Shown piece by piece: positions 1 through 13,142 of a stretch of 64,000 nucleotides of DNA. The position numbers were made by a program, and so were the translations under genes. The notes below the pieces were generated by a model. It ran no database searches. It saw nothing but the letters and a program-made list of their open reading frames with translations, and was not told the origin of the DNA. This stretch comes from Macrostomum lignano. Taxonomy: Eukaryota. Where the stretch lies: positions 620,001-684,000 of the forward strand of contig NIVC01000412.1 in the NCBI GenBank assembly GCA_002269645.1, read 5' to 3'. The first letter of the stretch is position 1. The number at the start of each line of letters is the position of its first letter.

Positions 1-345
1 CGTCTACATGCCACGTTTTGATAAAGGCAAAATTCAAGGTTCAGCCTTCGAAAAAATTGCCATCATTTATGAGTGCAGAGTCCTTAAGTAGTCGTTGAAA
101 ATAACTTAACGCCCAGCTTGAAGCAGTAGGCCTGGAGTAACTATATTTTACTTCAGTAGCTAGTTTTTTAAACTACGAGTATCTCGTAGCTGAAACATTC
201 CATCTATTTATTAACTGAGCTCTGCCATGAAAATGAAATATAACCAAATTCAAAAATGTTTTTAGCACCAAAATTTGAAAATATGCAGCCCAGAGATGTT
301 AGTGGTAAAAGGTAAAATTTGCATTTTTTCATTTTTCTGTTTTAG

Positions 346-3300
346 AGATACTGTGAGCCTCATGGTGGAATTATTGCGCGCTTCTTTAAAGAATGCCTGG
401 GAAGTCGAACAGCAAATTCAGGTTCTGCGTCAACATTGCCATATCTGGCAGTGGGTTGAATCAGCTGCAAATGAAGAATTGTCCTCGGAATTTGGAAAAG
501 AAGCAGTAAATTGCCTTGGAAGCTTATCCGCCTACTTTCAAATGTTTACCAGCTTCAATCTCACAGCCAATGACTTCAATGCTTTCGTCACTGTCTATAT
601 GAGTGATGAAAATGAAGAGCGCCAAACATGCGAGGCAATAGATTCTATTGCAAATTTGCTACTGCATAATCAAGTTGGAAGAGTAAATTTCCAAGAAGTT
701 GTCAAAGAAGGGAAGTCTGCTATCGATACTTGGCTGCATCAACAGATGGCAATGAAAAAAATTATAGCTTTCTTTACTGAAGTTAAGACGTCATATGGCG
801 TCAATTTAACTGATCTTAAGGAGGTCGAAAGGGACTTTACCGAGTTTATGAGACATAGCGAAAATATCAAAATCTGTGAAATGCTTCACACTTCCGTCTT
901 AAAGAGATTCGGAATCGACGTAAATATGCTGGGCGTCAATTTAGACCCGAATACTGCTCTTCAGTCATCTGTTTTCAACTATTTCTTTCGGAAAGTCGCT
1001 ACAGAGCAAAGCTCTCTTAGCAGCTCTGGTATAACTTGCTCACAATTTTGGCACGATGTTTTTCCAGTAGCTTTTGATCAATACACCAAATTTGTATCAA
1101 AGAGTCTTGTGGCTGAAGAGGTCAGCCTAAAGGATATTGAGGATATTTCACAAAGTTTGGAAGGAAATTTTAACCTTTCGAATGAGTTTCAACTGCTCGA
1201 GAAAATTTTGTTAAATAGCCGAGGCATTGAAAACTTTTACAAAGTGCTGTCGAGGAATGAGTGGAAAAGTAGACTTAGTGCACTTTTGTGGCTTCATGAA
1301 ACTTTATCTGTGTGTCCTGAGAAAGAAAAGCAAAGCATCTCGGACAGCTCAAACAGCTCAAGTCAAAATTTCAGTGAAGATTCACGTGTGCTGGAACTAT
1401 TACATGAGTACCTAAATCTGCCTAGCGGCATCACATTGTCAACGTTCTTGCAGTTGCACAATGACTTGTCCAATGAATTTAATTCGGTCACTGAGAACGC
1501 TTGGTGCGTTATTGAACGCGTTTTCAACTGTAGAGACGGAATTGTAAAATTTATTCGGGAGCAGGCAGGTTCTGACTTCCAGCACTTAATGGACTGTGAA
1601 ATTGCTGGTCAAGATGTGAGCATTTCAACTATCAACTCATTATTTCTGCTACAACGTGCAATGAAGCCGCTTTTCTCAAGTTCGCAGCCTTTAATACATG
1701 AGATATTTAAATGTATCAATCGCTCAATCAGCTCTATTGGATGTCATATTCAGTCCCGTGACGCATCAGAGGATACGGCTACGAAAAATTTGTTAGAAAG
1801 GTTGAATGAATGTGAGAAAAACCTAAATGCGATTCGAGAACTTCACTCTAGCGTTGGGTCGCATGGAGAGACTTCAAAAAAATTTGCACTTGAATTTGTT
1901 AGCCTAAAATCGGACCAGTCGGACCAGGTTACTGTCACCATAAAGATTATTGAAACAGCTATTGACAGTTTGAATTCATCTGCATTGAGTGACGAGAAAG
2001 AGGACGAAATAGACAGTACAACTACCTCAGAGAGGCATGAGGCGTCAGTTGTTCACATGTCAGTTCAAATTCGAAATCGCCGATTGAGCCTGGCAAAAAT
2101 GGTTGATCACAGAAGCCGTATTCTGATGACAATGAGTTCAACACACTTTGACTCTACTGACTCACAGGAGGACAATCAAAAGTTGAAGGAATTTATTACG
2201 GATGTTGACTTACTTGAAAATGTATTTACGATGTTTTATAAACTTTGGGAAGCCGGCCATCCCAGTTATTACAGAATTTCCGAGTCGGTAAAATTCGCTG
2301 ATATTCTGCGACGACAAAGTGAACTTGAAGAATGTTTAAAAAAGTGGAACACATTTTTAAAAGAAATGCGTAAGAAGTATTTGCACGCTAATTACTTGTT
2401 TGGCACTAATTTGATGATTTTGGTTCGCTTCTTTGTGAATGACCAAAATACATCCTGGTCGGATGTCGAACATTTATTAAATTTCTTAAACATATCGCTG
2501 CCTACCAACGAGACTATCAACATGGATAAAGCTCCATTTTTAAAAAAACGATATTGAAAAAAGTGTTGAAAATATATTTTATTATTTAAGAGAACATTCT
2601 ACGGAGCTACAGCGCGAAAAAGCAAGCGTCACTACTAAAAACAACGCCCTAAATGTTCAAAAAGGAAAGCTGTTTTTGGTTTCCATCGATCCTAACGATA
2701 AAGAAGTAATCGGAATTTTCCTAAACGTCTGGACAAATTCAGAATGCGAGCTACCGCTAAGTAGTGAAGTCGTTTTCTGCTCACCAGAAACTACTTCAAT
2801 AGAGGTGATTCTTACTTTGCGCAGGGCTAGCAAGCAGTCTGACAGGACATTTTTCTTTCTTGAATCACAGAACTTGAAGCAGAAGGTTTTGGGTGAATTG
2901 ATAGCTGAAATTAGTCGACAAAAAGAAAAAGAAAAGCTGGGTCGTGTAGCCGTGTTTTGCAAGGCTGCCAGATCTCACACGCTTTTCACCGTTTTTCCGA
3001 TGAAACTGTAAATGTCAAGGCCATTTCGTCTGAACGACTGAAAACCGTAGTGAAAGGTACTTTTAAGCACGTTTACTTCTATTCTTCGGACCGTCCTTGC
3101 ATCGGAAAGACTGAAACAGTACTTTCAGAAGCGTGTAGACATGACTCTTTATTACATGTGCACATTAGTGGCACAGTCACGAAAGATTCCTTCATTAAGA
3201 AACTATCAAAGAAAATAGGAAAAAAATGTGCCGTTCATCTTGACATTGGCTGGCTTGATAATCCCGATGCTCTTGAGTTGATCATTTTCGAAGCAATTTT

Positions 3301-6300
3301 CTGTAAGAGCTTAGTAAGCAGCAATCACACTGTTCCTTTTAACCCTGATGCTGTCTACATTGAAGTTGCTAACAGCATCAATAACAAGCTGGAAGATAGT
3401 TTCACGATTTTGTCTCAAATCGGTGAAAAACGGCTCAGCTGGAGTATTGGGTTAGAAACTCTCTGTGTCTCAGAAGAGCCGCTCAGCTGCACTCAAGTTG
3501 TATGCAAATATCTTCAAAATCTCTACGAAGAAAAATTGGACACCAAAGAAGTAGATTTTGGATCGCCTTTGCCATCGAGCGAATGTGTTATTTTACTTCG
3601 GCGACTTTTTAAACGCTACCTTTCAGAACAAGACGAAGGGGCTAATTTGTCATTTTCTTTAATTGAAAATAGCTTAAAATTGATGTCAAACCAATTAAAA
3701 AAGTTTTACCGCAGTGAGTTCTTCAAAATAAAAAACCTTCGACGAGTTTTTGAAACGGACAGCAATGTCCGTAGCGATTTGGTGACATTTATTATCGATT
3801 CAGCTCTGCAGCTGACAGTTTTATCACTTGGCTCAGTTCAAAAACAGCAAGTTGATACTCTTACTAATGTGTATGAAAGGACTGCGAACCGCTTTAAATC
3901 CATGCTGAACTGGGAAAATTCTGCTCATGTCATGCCGGTTTTTCAAAAGCAAGACATCTCGGCAGTAGAGCTTGTGTTTAGAAAACTCGATGAAGTGCCT
4001 GAGGAGCTTAGAAGCTTGTTCGAGGCAAGTTCGTCAAGAGGATTAACAGAGTTTTCTGAACTAACCGAGAAGAAACTGCTTCATCGCCTTGTGAGAATCG
4101 CGGCTAAAGGATCTCCAGGGGACATTCCACAAATTAGTTCAGACCAGACGTTGAACTACCGCCTAACAGCAGATAACTTTTTAAAAATGGTTCTGATCTC
4201 ACTCCGCATAGATGCAGATGTTCCTGTGCTGATCATGGGTGAGACTGGCTGTGGTAAAACCAGCTTGATTCGCTTTCTAGCTAATGTTCAAGGTGTTGAT
4301 CTTGAAGTGATGAATTTTCATGCAGGTGTTAAGCAGGAAGAAATTGTAAAACGTATTCGATCTGCGTCAGGTATAGCAAAAAAGAAGTACAAAGAATTTG
4401 TTTGCAGCAATGCTTGTGATAGCGTTGTATGGATGTTTCTAGATGAAATCAACACTTGTGAGCATCTCGGCCTCCTTAAAGAAGCAATATGTCACAAAAA
4501 GCTACTTGGAGAGCGTCTTCCTCCAAACCTGAGACTTATGGCGGCATGTAATCCTTACGTTTTGCGCCCAAAGAGCAGCAGCAGCACAGCTGGCTTTCAG
4601 ACAAAGGAACTACGAGAAGATGAGATGAAAGCTTGGTCTATCGAGTGCACCCTCTTCCCGAGTCAATGGTGGAGCTGGTTTGGGACTTTGGTCGTCTCAC
4701 TGACCATGATGAGCAAGCATACATTGGAAGAATTTTGACAACATCACTCTCTGATAACTTAGACGATGTCCAAAGTGAACTGCAGCTCGCAGAAGTTGTC
4801 AAGTGTATAACAGTTTCGCAAAATTTGTTCGTTCTAACGAAGAGTCAGACTACGCTACAAGTCTGAGAGACGTTCGACGATTTTGTGAATTCTTTCACTT
4901 CTTTTTTGAATTCTTTAAAAAATGGAACGAAACAGGTTCTGAAAATCCGAGTTTTAAGCGAAAATCAAGAAAGTATTGCCGCTCTTTTTGCTTTGTATGT
5001 ATGCTACTACGTTCGCAACTCGACAAGTACCATACGAAAGCGCTATCTGGAAACTATTTCTGTCTACTTTAAAACTAACGCAGATGAGCTTTGTAAAGAG
5101 ATAGAAATTGTTCAGGCCAATTTTATTCGCTTCATGAAGTGTCCGCCTAAAACAGCTGTCAATTTAGCACTTCGAGAGAATATATTTGTTTTGTTTTGTT
5201 GCATCTATGCTAGAGTCCCGTGTTCTTGTTGGCAAACCTGGCTGCTCCAAGTCACTAGCGGTCTCCATCATACGCAGCAACTTTCGTGGCAAGGATTCTG
5301 AGCACCCCCTTTTTCAACAGTATCCTTCGTTGAGCTTCTCCAGCTTCCAAGGCTCTGAAGCATCGACTTCAAAAGGAGTAAAAAAAGTTTTTGAATCGGC
5401 ACGTAACAAGCTTGAAAAATCTGGAGATGCATTCATGACACCTGTAGTTCTGATCGACGAGATTGGACTGGCTGAAAAGTCGCGGCACAATCCTCTCAAG
5501 GTTCTGCATAGTCTTCTGGAGCCGCAGTCGGCCCTCGATTGTCGTTGCGAAGTAGCTGTTATTGGAATTTCAAACTGGGCTTTGGACCCGGCTAAGATGA
5601 ATCGAGCTATTCACATTTCCCGGCCTGACATGACAGAGGAAGAGTTGTACGACACTGGAAAAGCTATTCTTTCAGACCAAAAGTCTATTACCGTTGAGGA
5701 TGTTGACCAGAGGAAGATTGCTAAAGCTTGCCATGAATATTTAAATAAAAAGCAGCCCTTTGAAAGCTTTCATGGCTTACGCGACTTTTACTATCTTCTA
5801 AAGTATTTAAGCGACCAGATGTATAGTGAAGATGAAAAAGTGTTCGCTTTAAAAGAAGGACTAGCGCGCAACTTCAACGGGTTAAAGCTATCTCACGAAA
5901 GGGCGCTGTGTTTTCACAAAGCACTTCCAAATTTGTTAGATGCAAGTGTGAAGACAGCGCGACAAAAGTCAGTCGCTGAAACCATGATTTTTAAAAATCT
6001 ACAAGATCCATCGGCGCGTCACTTGATGCTTATATGCGATGGCGACTCCTGTCTAGACTGCTATGCAACGAACTTACGAAGAGAAACGCAAGTTTAGAGT
6101 AATGCACGGATCCGGCTATGATAAAGACCAATTTTCCGAGGAATTCACGTATCGAAAGCTCAACGAAGTAATCATGTGTATGGAGGAAGGGTTGATCCTG
6201 ATTTTTAAGGATTTCGATCTTCTCTACGGAAGCTTGTATGACATGCTGAATCAGAATTACTCTGAATACGCCAACAAAAAGTACTGTCGCATTGCGATGG

Positions 6301-9300
6301 GCACTCAGGCCAATCAAAACTGTGTTGTGCACAATAATTTTCGTTGCATCGTATTAGTTAATAAAACAGTTGTGCAAGATATGCGACTCATGGATCCTCC
6401 GTTTCTAAACCGATTTGAGAAGCAACCATTTTCTTTGAAAAATACAGTCGATGCTCTTGAATTAAAAGAATCCAGCGGACTGCTAAAAAAGAAAGTTATT
6501 ACTTTAACCCACCTTGTTCAAAATGAGTCCAAACTTGAATTCAAAACATCAGAAGTGTTTCTAGGTTTTTATGATGATCTTGCATTTTGTTACTTAATTA
6601 ACGAGGCTCTTGATGGCCAGCGGCTTAAACTTGGACGAGAGCCTCATTCAGCTTTCGTAGATGCAGCGTTTAAGCGACTGAGAGCGCATATGCTACCCGA
6701 CTCCGTATTAAGATGTACTTTCTCTAACCTTCCAATCGAAGAAAGGAAAAACTACCAAACCGAGTATTTCAGTACGAGTTCGCGAACACTGAACAAGAGC
6801 TTTGTGGATATTATTCAAGACAGAGCTGCTAATTGCAAACCAGGTCAAATATGCAAGCTGTATATTTACACGAAATCTTCTCTGTTTACTAAGATTGAAT
6901 CCCTTGAGACAGATTCGGATTTTACTGTCAGGGATATTCGACTTATGGATTTTGTACGCGAAAGCGATATGATTGACGTATTTTCCGATTTTTTCAGACA
7001 AGATCAACGAAACGGACTAATGATTATTCGAGTCAAGCCATCCATTGATGAAAACTATGTCCTACACGCCCGTTGTCTGCTGGACGACATTTGTAAAAAA
7101 TACCAGACGGAATGTAAAAGCAAAAAATTCGTCGTTATGCTAGTGCAACTACAAAGAGAGGATCTTAAGTTTAAAATAAACTCGTGGAAATGGAATCCAC
7201 TACTTGATTGGCAAGTCGACTTCGTTGAATGCATCTGCCCAGAGGTGCAGTTTTCTCTTTCTGACCTTGTTTTTAATAATCAGCGCCGATTCATTGAAGA
7301 AAATGAATCTTACTTATTCCAGTTGTTTGATAAAGTTGTACCGCAGGCTCTCATGGATGTCCTGCGATCGCAAGAGGAGATTCAGAGGGCCTTAATCTTT
7401 TTTAAAAACAACCCGCCATTCTCTGCCGCTTTCAGGCGCTTTACTCTGAATGAATCTATTCTGTTTGATAAGCATGAAGCGGAACTAAAACCGCCTTTTG
7501 ATTCCGAGCACTGGCTTGTTCGCCTATCAGTGGAGACGACAAGACTCTCAATGTATTCCTCCTTTCACGAGTTTGTACTCTCGTCAATCGAAGAACGGTT
7601 ATTGCAAAATACTACAAAGCTGTTAATTGCTATGAGTCACTATTCACTTTTTGAGGCAGGCTCATGGTGTGGGTCGGTAGCTGATTCTCTGATGCAACAG
7701 ATGTTTGAGTACATTTTGCGAGAGCAGTCATCGGCATTTGAATCAGATCGTCCTATCAAATTTACGCAGATTAGCTGTCCATACAGCCCACTTGTGTATT
7801 CTGGTTTCTGCAAAATATTTAAAGCATTAGGCCATGCAGCTGATAACTGCAAGAACGAAATGCAAACGTTTTTAACCCAGCTTGGCCTAGAGCGCCGTAT
7901 TCCTGTTTCGGACGACATGTTAATGGACTTTACTCAAATGGCTACAATTAATTTTTGTGGGCAGGATAGGAGTGATGGTGTGATGGAGATACTTAGTTAT
8001 CGTTTGAAGAACTGTGATGATCTCACTGACGCGGTGATTACTATTCTTGGTTGTTTTGACGACAGCAACCTCCGATTAGCTCAAATTCTCAATGTTCATG
8101 CATACCTTCGACAGAGAAACGTTGATGTCCTTTGCTCAGACACTGAGGATCTAAATGAACGTTTTGAAAACATGCTTAAAGTGCTTGTCCCAAGTGGTCC
8201 TAACTTTGAAAAACTCTGCATCAAAAATCTTGACGAATGGAGAAGAATCGCCACCAATTTACTTCTGCTGGTTCGCGACAAGAACGAACGGCCCAGGTTT
8301 CTAATTGAGCTCGAGTCGTTATTGAAATTTTTTAAATTTTTTGCACCAGCCGGAAAGCGCATCAAATTAGAGGAAGTGATCTCTACATATAATAGTTTGC
8401 AGAGTCGTGGGCTGCTATCGAATGACGCTGACAGCGTCCTACTTGAATGGAAGAAAGAGTCGGCCAAGCTTTTTTCTGATTCTTCTGCACCAGATGAAGC
8501 AAGACTAATGCTAATTGAGTCCAACTTTTACTACAGTTTGCTTCATACACGTCGGCTAACGGAACCTTTGCTAAATAGCATTTTAGAGCTGCTTATTAGA
8601 GGAAGACTACCTATGGGCTTTGCCAGCTTTTTATTGTCACACATCACAGAATTTGATGACGAAGAAAACTCACTGTTCAGTCAATTTGCTGAAAAGGTTG
8701 AAGAGATAGGAGATGCAACAGTAAAGTCCGGCTTATTTTCCATTCTAGCGACTACTCTTAAGCCAAGCCAGCTGGATGCTACGGAACTTTTAAAATCTCT
8801 GGAAGACCTGAGACCCAAACTAAAGTCAAGCTTTGAGATAAATTTCTCAGAGGTGGTCGACTTGGTTGATGCAATAAATTTTTTCTCCGATGCTGTCAAG
8901 GAAGCAACTGCCGTGCACAATAAGTTTCTCTGTTTTGGTAATGATCAGTCGGACGTTTTCGCCTTTCTCGAGCGCTGCATTCTCACCCAAAAATTACACC
9001 CATTCTGGCTACTATTCGTACGGTGTCTGCGGCAGCGATATACACTCGGTGAGCTTCACTCTCTCTTCAAACTCGATCACACAGCGTCGCTTTTGCCGTC
9101 CATTGATAGGGACAAATTTCTTCGCTTCGGTCAGTCCTCTCAACTGGCTAGTTACTGTCTGCGCTATCCATTCCTAGACTGCTCTGACACAAATTTATAT
9201 GCTGAAGCAGTTGCTGCCTTCTCCAATGTTTTAGTCCCAGGAAGGCCGGATTATCTAAAAATTAAGAATTTTTGGAAAAGTATATCACAATACGAAAATC

Positions 9301-11153
9301 AGAATCAATACTATTGTGACACGCTTTCTATCTACATTGAAAGCGTTCTGTTCAAAAAGTGCTTCGCGAACTTTCAGTCTCCGGAAAAAGCATTGACTCG
9401 AGAAATAAAAGAAAGACTAACAGCGGCTTCACACCATGAGCTGCATCCACTTTTGCTAATATCCTGCAGTGAAAGGGACAGCTGCCTCGATGAAGCTCAC
9501 CTGACCAGTCAATCCAGTCCTGGACACGTTTGTCTAGCCACATTGTATTATCGGACGCTCCTTAGCTTTTTTATCCATTGGCCACCAAAACCAGGCAGTG
9601 TTGTTGATGAGCTAAGCAAAAGGGACGCACTTGACATTTGCAGCAGCGAGAAAATAAAGCCTAGAGCCTCTGAAGCAGAGCTCTTTGCGAGATATTGCAC
9701 TTGTATGAGTGTTACAGTTTACAAGGCGAATGCCGAGGAGATGCGAGGGACTCTATTATACCATTGTGCTTTCTGTGAGTCAACTGATAATAAAGGCCTT
9801 TCTAAAACCGACGTTACTGAGTGGCTGGACGACACGCCAGTCTCAAGTGGTTTAGACAAAGCGCTTCAGCTACTCGTTTCATTATATAGCTGTGTGTCTG
9901 TTGACTTGCATGCAAAACGTACAGTTTCTCAACTGCCAAATAGAAAGCCAACAGCTATTCTTGACCAGTTAGAATCACTGGCTAAATTTCTCGAGTTGAG
10001 TACAGAAGACTGCACTTGGGTGCTTCACTCAGCTTTGCGTGCTTTTTCAGAGTTCCTATTTCATCAGCCAGCCACTGCAGGCTTACAGGCTGCTCGATAT
10101 CAACTTGCTTGCTGCCTTGCTTCTCCACAGAGCTCAATTATTAAGTTTAAGCGCGATCGATTAACCGAGCGTCAACTTAAAAGTGAATTTTTGTACGCTT
10201 GGATTGTGGACGGCCTGGATGTCGACTCTTGTGGTAGCACAGATAGTTGCGATGAAATCGACGAGGCAATCGCGACACCGAGGCAGTTTCATTTAGCGCG
10301 CAACTGTCTGTTGTTTCCGAAGTGCAAGAGCGACCTTAATGCAATATGCCATCTGTTTAACTGCCATCAAGTAAAAGTCCGTGGCAACCCTGATGATGAT
10401 CCGGCCGATGGAGAAGTTAATGATAAGTTTGGACGCTTTCTAGAGTTTGTGCTGCGCCACAGGTCTGTGCTTTCCAATTCTGATCACCTTCGACGCCTGA
10501 CAATTTGGCACGCGGCCGTTGCGAAGCGAATCGATGGTCAACTTTCAATGGAAGAGTTTGAGGCCTGGAGGGTGGAGGATTTCCTGAAAAGGTATCCTGA
10601 CTGTAAGGCGATGCATGACAATGCTCAAGTCGCGTGGAACTGCCTGCACCCTAACGCCTTAATGTTAAATTTAGATAACCCGCTGCACTTGAAACGTCCT
10701 TTGCGAAGGGCTCTTTTCACAGAACTGTCACCACTGATTGAGACTGCTAAGCCCTTGTTGTGTGATCAAAACGAATTTCTAATTGCGGCAGCCGGATTAG
10801 CCCTCACCGAAACTTGTGAGGCATTGGAGCCTCTATTATCCGCAAGTGAAAGCTTTGACTCTACACCTTGCTGCCATCTCGCTACTGCGGATCTCCTCTC
10901 CAGCCCGGATCGGTTGCCAGCTCTGTCAGCTGACAAGCTCGATCACCTGTCGGCTATGTTTGCCTCGCATACTGCTAATCGTGATTTGCAAATCGATTGG
11001 GGTCTCCTAGAGACGGCGGTCTTCCGCGAGGTCCTGGCTGACAAATGCTTTGTCCGCCTGCTACCGTGGGAGCCGCGGCTGGCAAGCGCGGAGCAGAGAA
11101 GCCTGTCTCAAATGATAGAGGCGTTTCGGGCCAATTGTCCAGAATCGGATTCG
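346..11153 (+). CDS. RNF213: RNF213/mysterin-like giant AAA+ ATPase, main ~10.8 kb exon; frameshifted in this sequence, N-terminus lies upstream of the window
   Basis: Consecutive ORFs (275-2557, 2676-3011, 2957-4738, 4633-4866, 4803-5072, 4885-5301, 5186-6097, 6063-11186) carry ordered RNF213-type motifs: IMGETGCGKTSL, MFLDEINT, AACNPY, LVYRVHPLPES, SLRDVRRF, LVGKPGCSKSLA, VLIDEIGLAE, ISNWALDPAKMNR, GLRDFY, GSLYDMLNQNY, PFLNRFEKQ. Polypyrimidine acceptor TTTTAG ends at 345; phase-0 donor GTAAGG at 11154. Confidence 0.85.
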
Positions 11154-11473
11154 GTAAGGAGCTTTGATAAAAGAATAATCTTCTAAAAGACCCTAAGATT
11201 GTCTTTTACGGTTTATACTTTAATGATAGACAAATAACACCTAGTTAGTTTTTACTTTCCAGGTTGTATTTTATAAGCATTTGTAAAATGCAGCTAGCTA
11301 CAGACCACTTGTCTTTCAAAAAGTATCAACTGGCTCACTACTGACCACGTCGACCGCGTCTTGACGAAATCAAGAGTCCGATCTGACACGGTGGTTCCGT
11401 CGATGCAGATGCAGACGGGCTAGGGTCGAATCGCAACTCTTGCAATTTGCAACGCCTCACATTCCAACTGTTG

Positions 11474-11708
11474 TTCCTACCGAAGCGATTGAATTAGGGC
11501 CCTTTTTTAGAAGGTCCGTCGGGCTGATGACGGTGTCTAGCACAGGTGCACCTTACCGCGGTACTAGAGGCCCGACAGCGCACCCCGCCAGAAACCCGAT
11601 GGTGCACCCCACTAGAGACCCGGCGCTGCACCTTGCCGCGGTGCTAGAGGTCGTCATCAACCCGACGGACCTTCGCAGAAGGGCCCTTATTCAATCCCTT
11701 AGTAGGGA
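11474..11708. repeat. Long imperfect inverted repeat (foldback, MITE-like) in an RNF213-like intron
   Basis: 11511-11532 AAGGTCCGTCGGGCTGATGACG pairs with 11652-11673 CGTCATCAACCCGACGGACCTT (21/22). Pairing extends outward (GGGCCC, ATTGAAT/ATTCAAT, CCTAC/GTAGG) and inward (TCTAGCAC/GTGCTAGA). Confidence 0.75.
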
Positions 11709-12861
11709 TTCATACACTTATTATTCAAGCGTAACTACTAACTGGAATAAGAAGCACTTTAGTTTGCTTCTTGCAGTCTGTCCAAAATGGTGGTGGAAAA
11801 AATCGGGGTTGATGATTTCTTGGAAATGCGCTCTGCGCATGTTACATGTATCTTTAGGTGTACGTTTATTATAGCTTCTAACTATAATGTGACACTTTCT
11901 TTTGCGCTTGCAGTCTTTCCAAAATGGTTCCGCTACCTAATTCGGGGTTGTTGATTTCTTGGAACTGCGCTCTCCGCATGTTGGTTGTAGCTGACCCATG
12001 CAATGTTCAGATTTTTATGCAGCTAAGCAGCGCAGTTTCTGCGTCTTACAAAATTCACTTGATAGTTGCACTGGTCGGACACGCGCTGACTAAATTAACG
12101 CTGACTTGAATAAATTTTTTCTCTCACCTAGCGTAGTCAATGCAATCAGCAAACGTGCCTCACACCCCAACTATAGATAGCAGCTAGGAGACAGCAAGTT
12201 ACAGCTGACGGTTTTAAAAAAAAGATTTTTTATATTTGTTCCCAACGGTATATTGCAGAGAAGGACACACTTTCTTAGGAGATTTAGAAGGGCAAATATA
12301 AGTCTAACCACATGGTTTGGCCAATTGTATCATTATACAGGCCATGCAGGGCAGGGTAAGAATGAACTTTCTACACTGAAAAACTGTTGAGTTTTGACTT
12401 CCAATGACTACCAGGGGCTTTAGTTAGTTACTAGCAATCTGCGCTTCCCGTTGGGAAGCCAACAAAGTATGGAATACAAATTTTTGAACTGCATTTAGCT
12501 TCTCCTTGCAATAACCTTAGCAATTCTCCTTGTAAGCCTTGGCATATCAGCTTCCCCCGAGAGCCTTGGCATCTCAGCAACGCCCCCATAATCTTTGAAA
12601 TCTCAACAAATCCGCCCTAGACCTAACCCTAAAGAGTTATTCCACCGTAAGCCTTGACATTTCAGTAATTCTCCCCAAGAAACACAGCATTATAGCAATT
12701 CCCTCCCAGTCTTGACATCGTAGCAATTCCCAAATGAATCTTCTATATTCGACATGACGTTTCTTTTATGCTTTTCATGACTGATGCTCTTCTTTTCTTT
12801 TTGACTTGACACTTATTTTATGTTTTAAATGATGCTTCTTTTATGTCTACATACATCTAAG

Positions 12862-13037
12862 GCAAGGCATGTACACTTCACTGTGCCTTGGTGGTTGGCC
12901 CTCAAGGGCGTTAATTGCACGAGCAGAGCCAAGCCGAGATTCCAATTTAGCCCCAAATTAATGTGACTGCACTTGGAATCGAGCCTGAGCAGCTGGCACA
13001 TCAGAGCGCCCCGCTGGACCACTGCGCCACGGCATCC
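12862..13037 (-). mobile_element. tRNA-derived SINE, 3'-truncated copy
   Basis: Reverse complement starts GGATGCCGTGGCGCAGTGG (A box) and includes GGCTCGATTCC (B box); the body matches the copies at 26590 and 30791. Confidence 0.75.
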
Positions 13038-13142
13038 GGGATGAGGTCTTTCGTTGGGGTTCGGGTCGGCAGTCAAGTTACGGCATACTTGAAAAAAAAA
13101 ACCTATTAGGAACACCTTTGACTCTCAACTGACTCGTTTCAG

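Noticed and set aside
275-345. TTG start and N-terminal MKICSPEM… of the first ORF
   Set aside because: Lies in a pyrimidine-rich acceptor region, so it is intronic; the true start is upstream of the window.
2535-2557. Programmed -1 frameshift at T_TTA_AAA in the RNF213-like gene
   Set aside because: The -1 frame hits a stop within ~15 codons; continuity requires +1, consistent with one extra A in the homopolymer.
11524-11595. Hammerhead ribozyme (CTGATGA…GAAA)
   Set aside because: Stem II cannot close next to the core motifs; the region is better explained by the long foldback.
12500-12735. Degenerate ~33 bp repeat (GCCTTGGCAT…CAGCAATT) in the RNF213-like intron
   Set aside because: Too decayed to define a unit or boundaries confidently.
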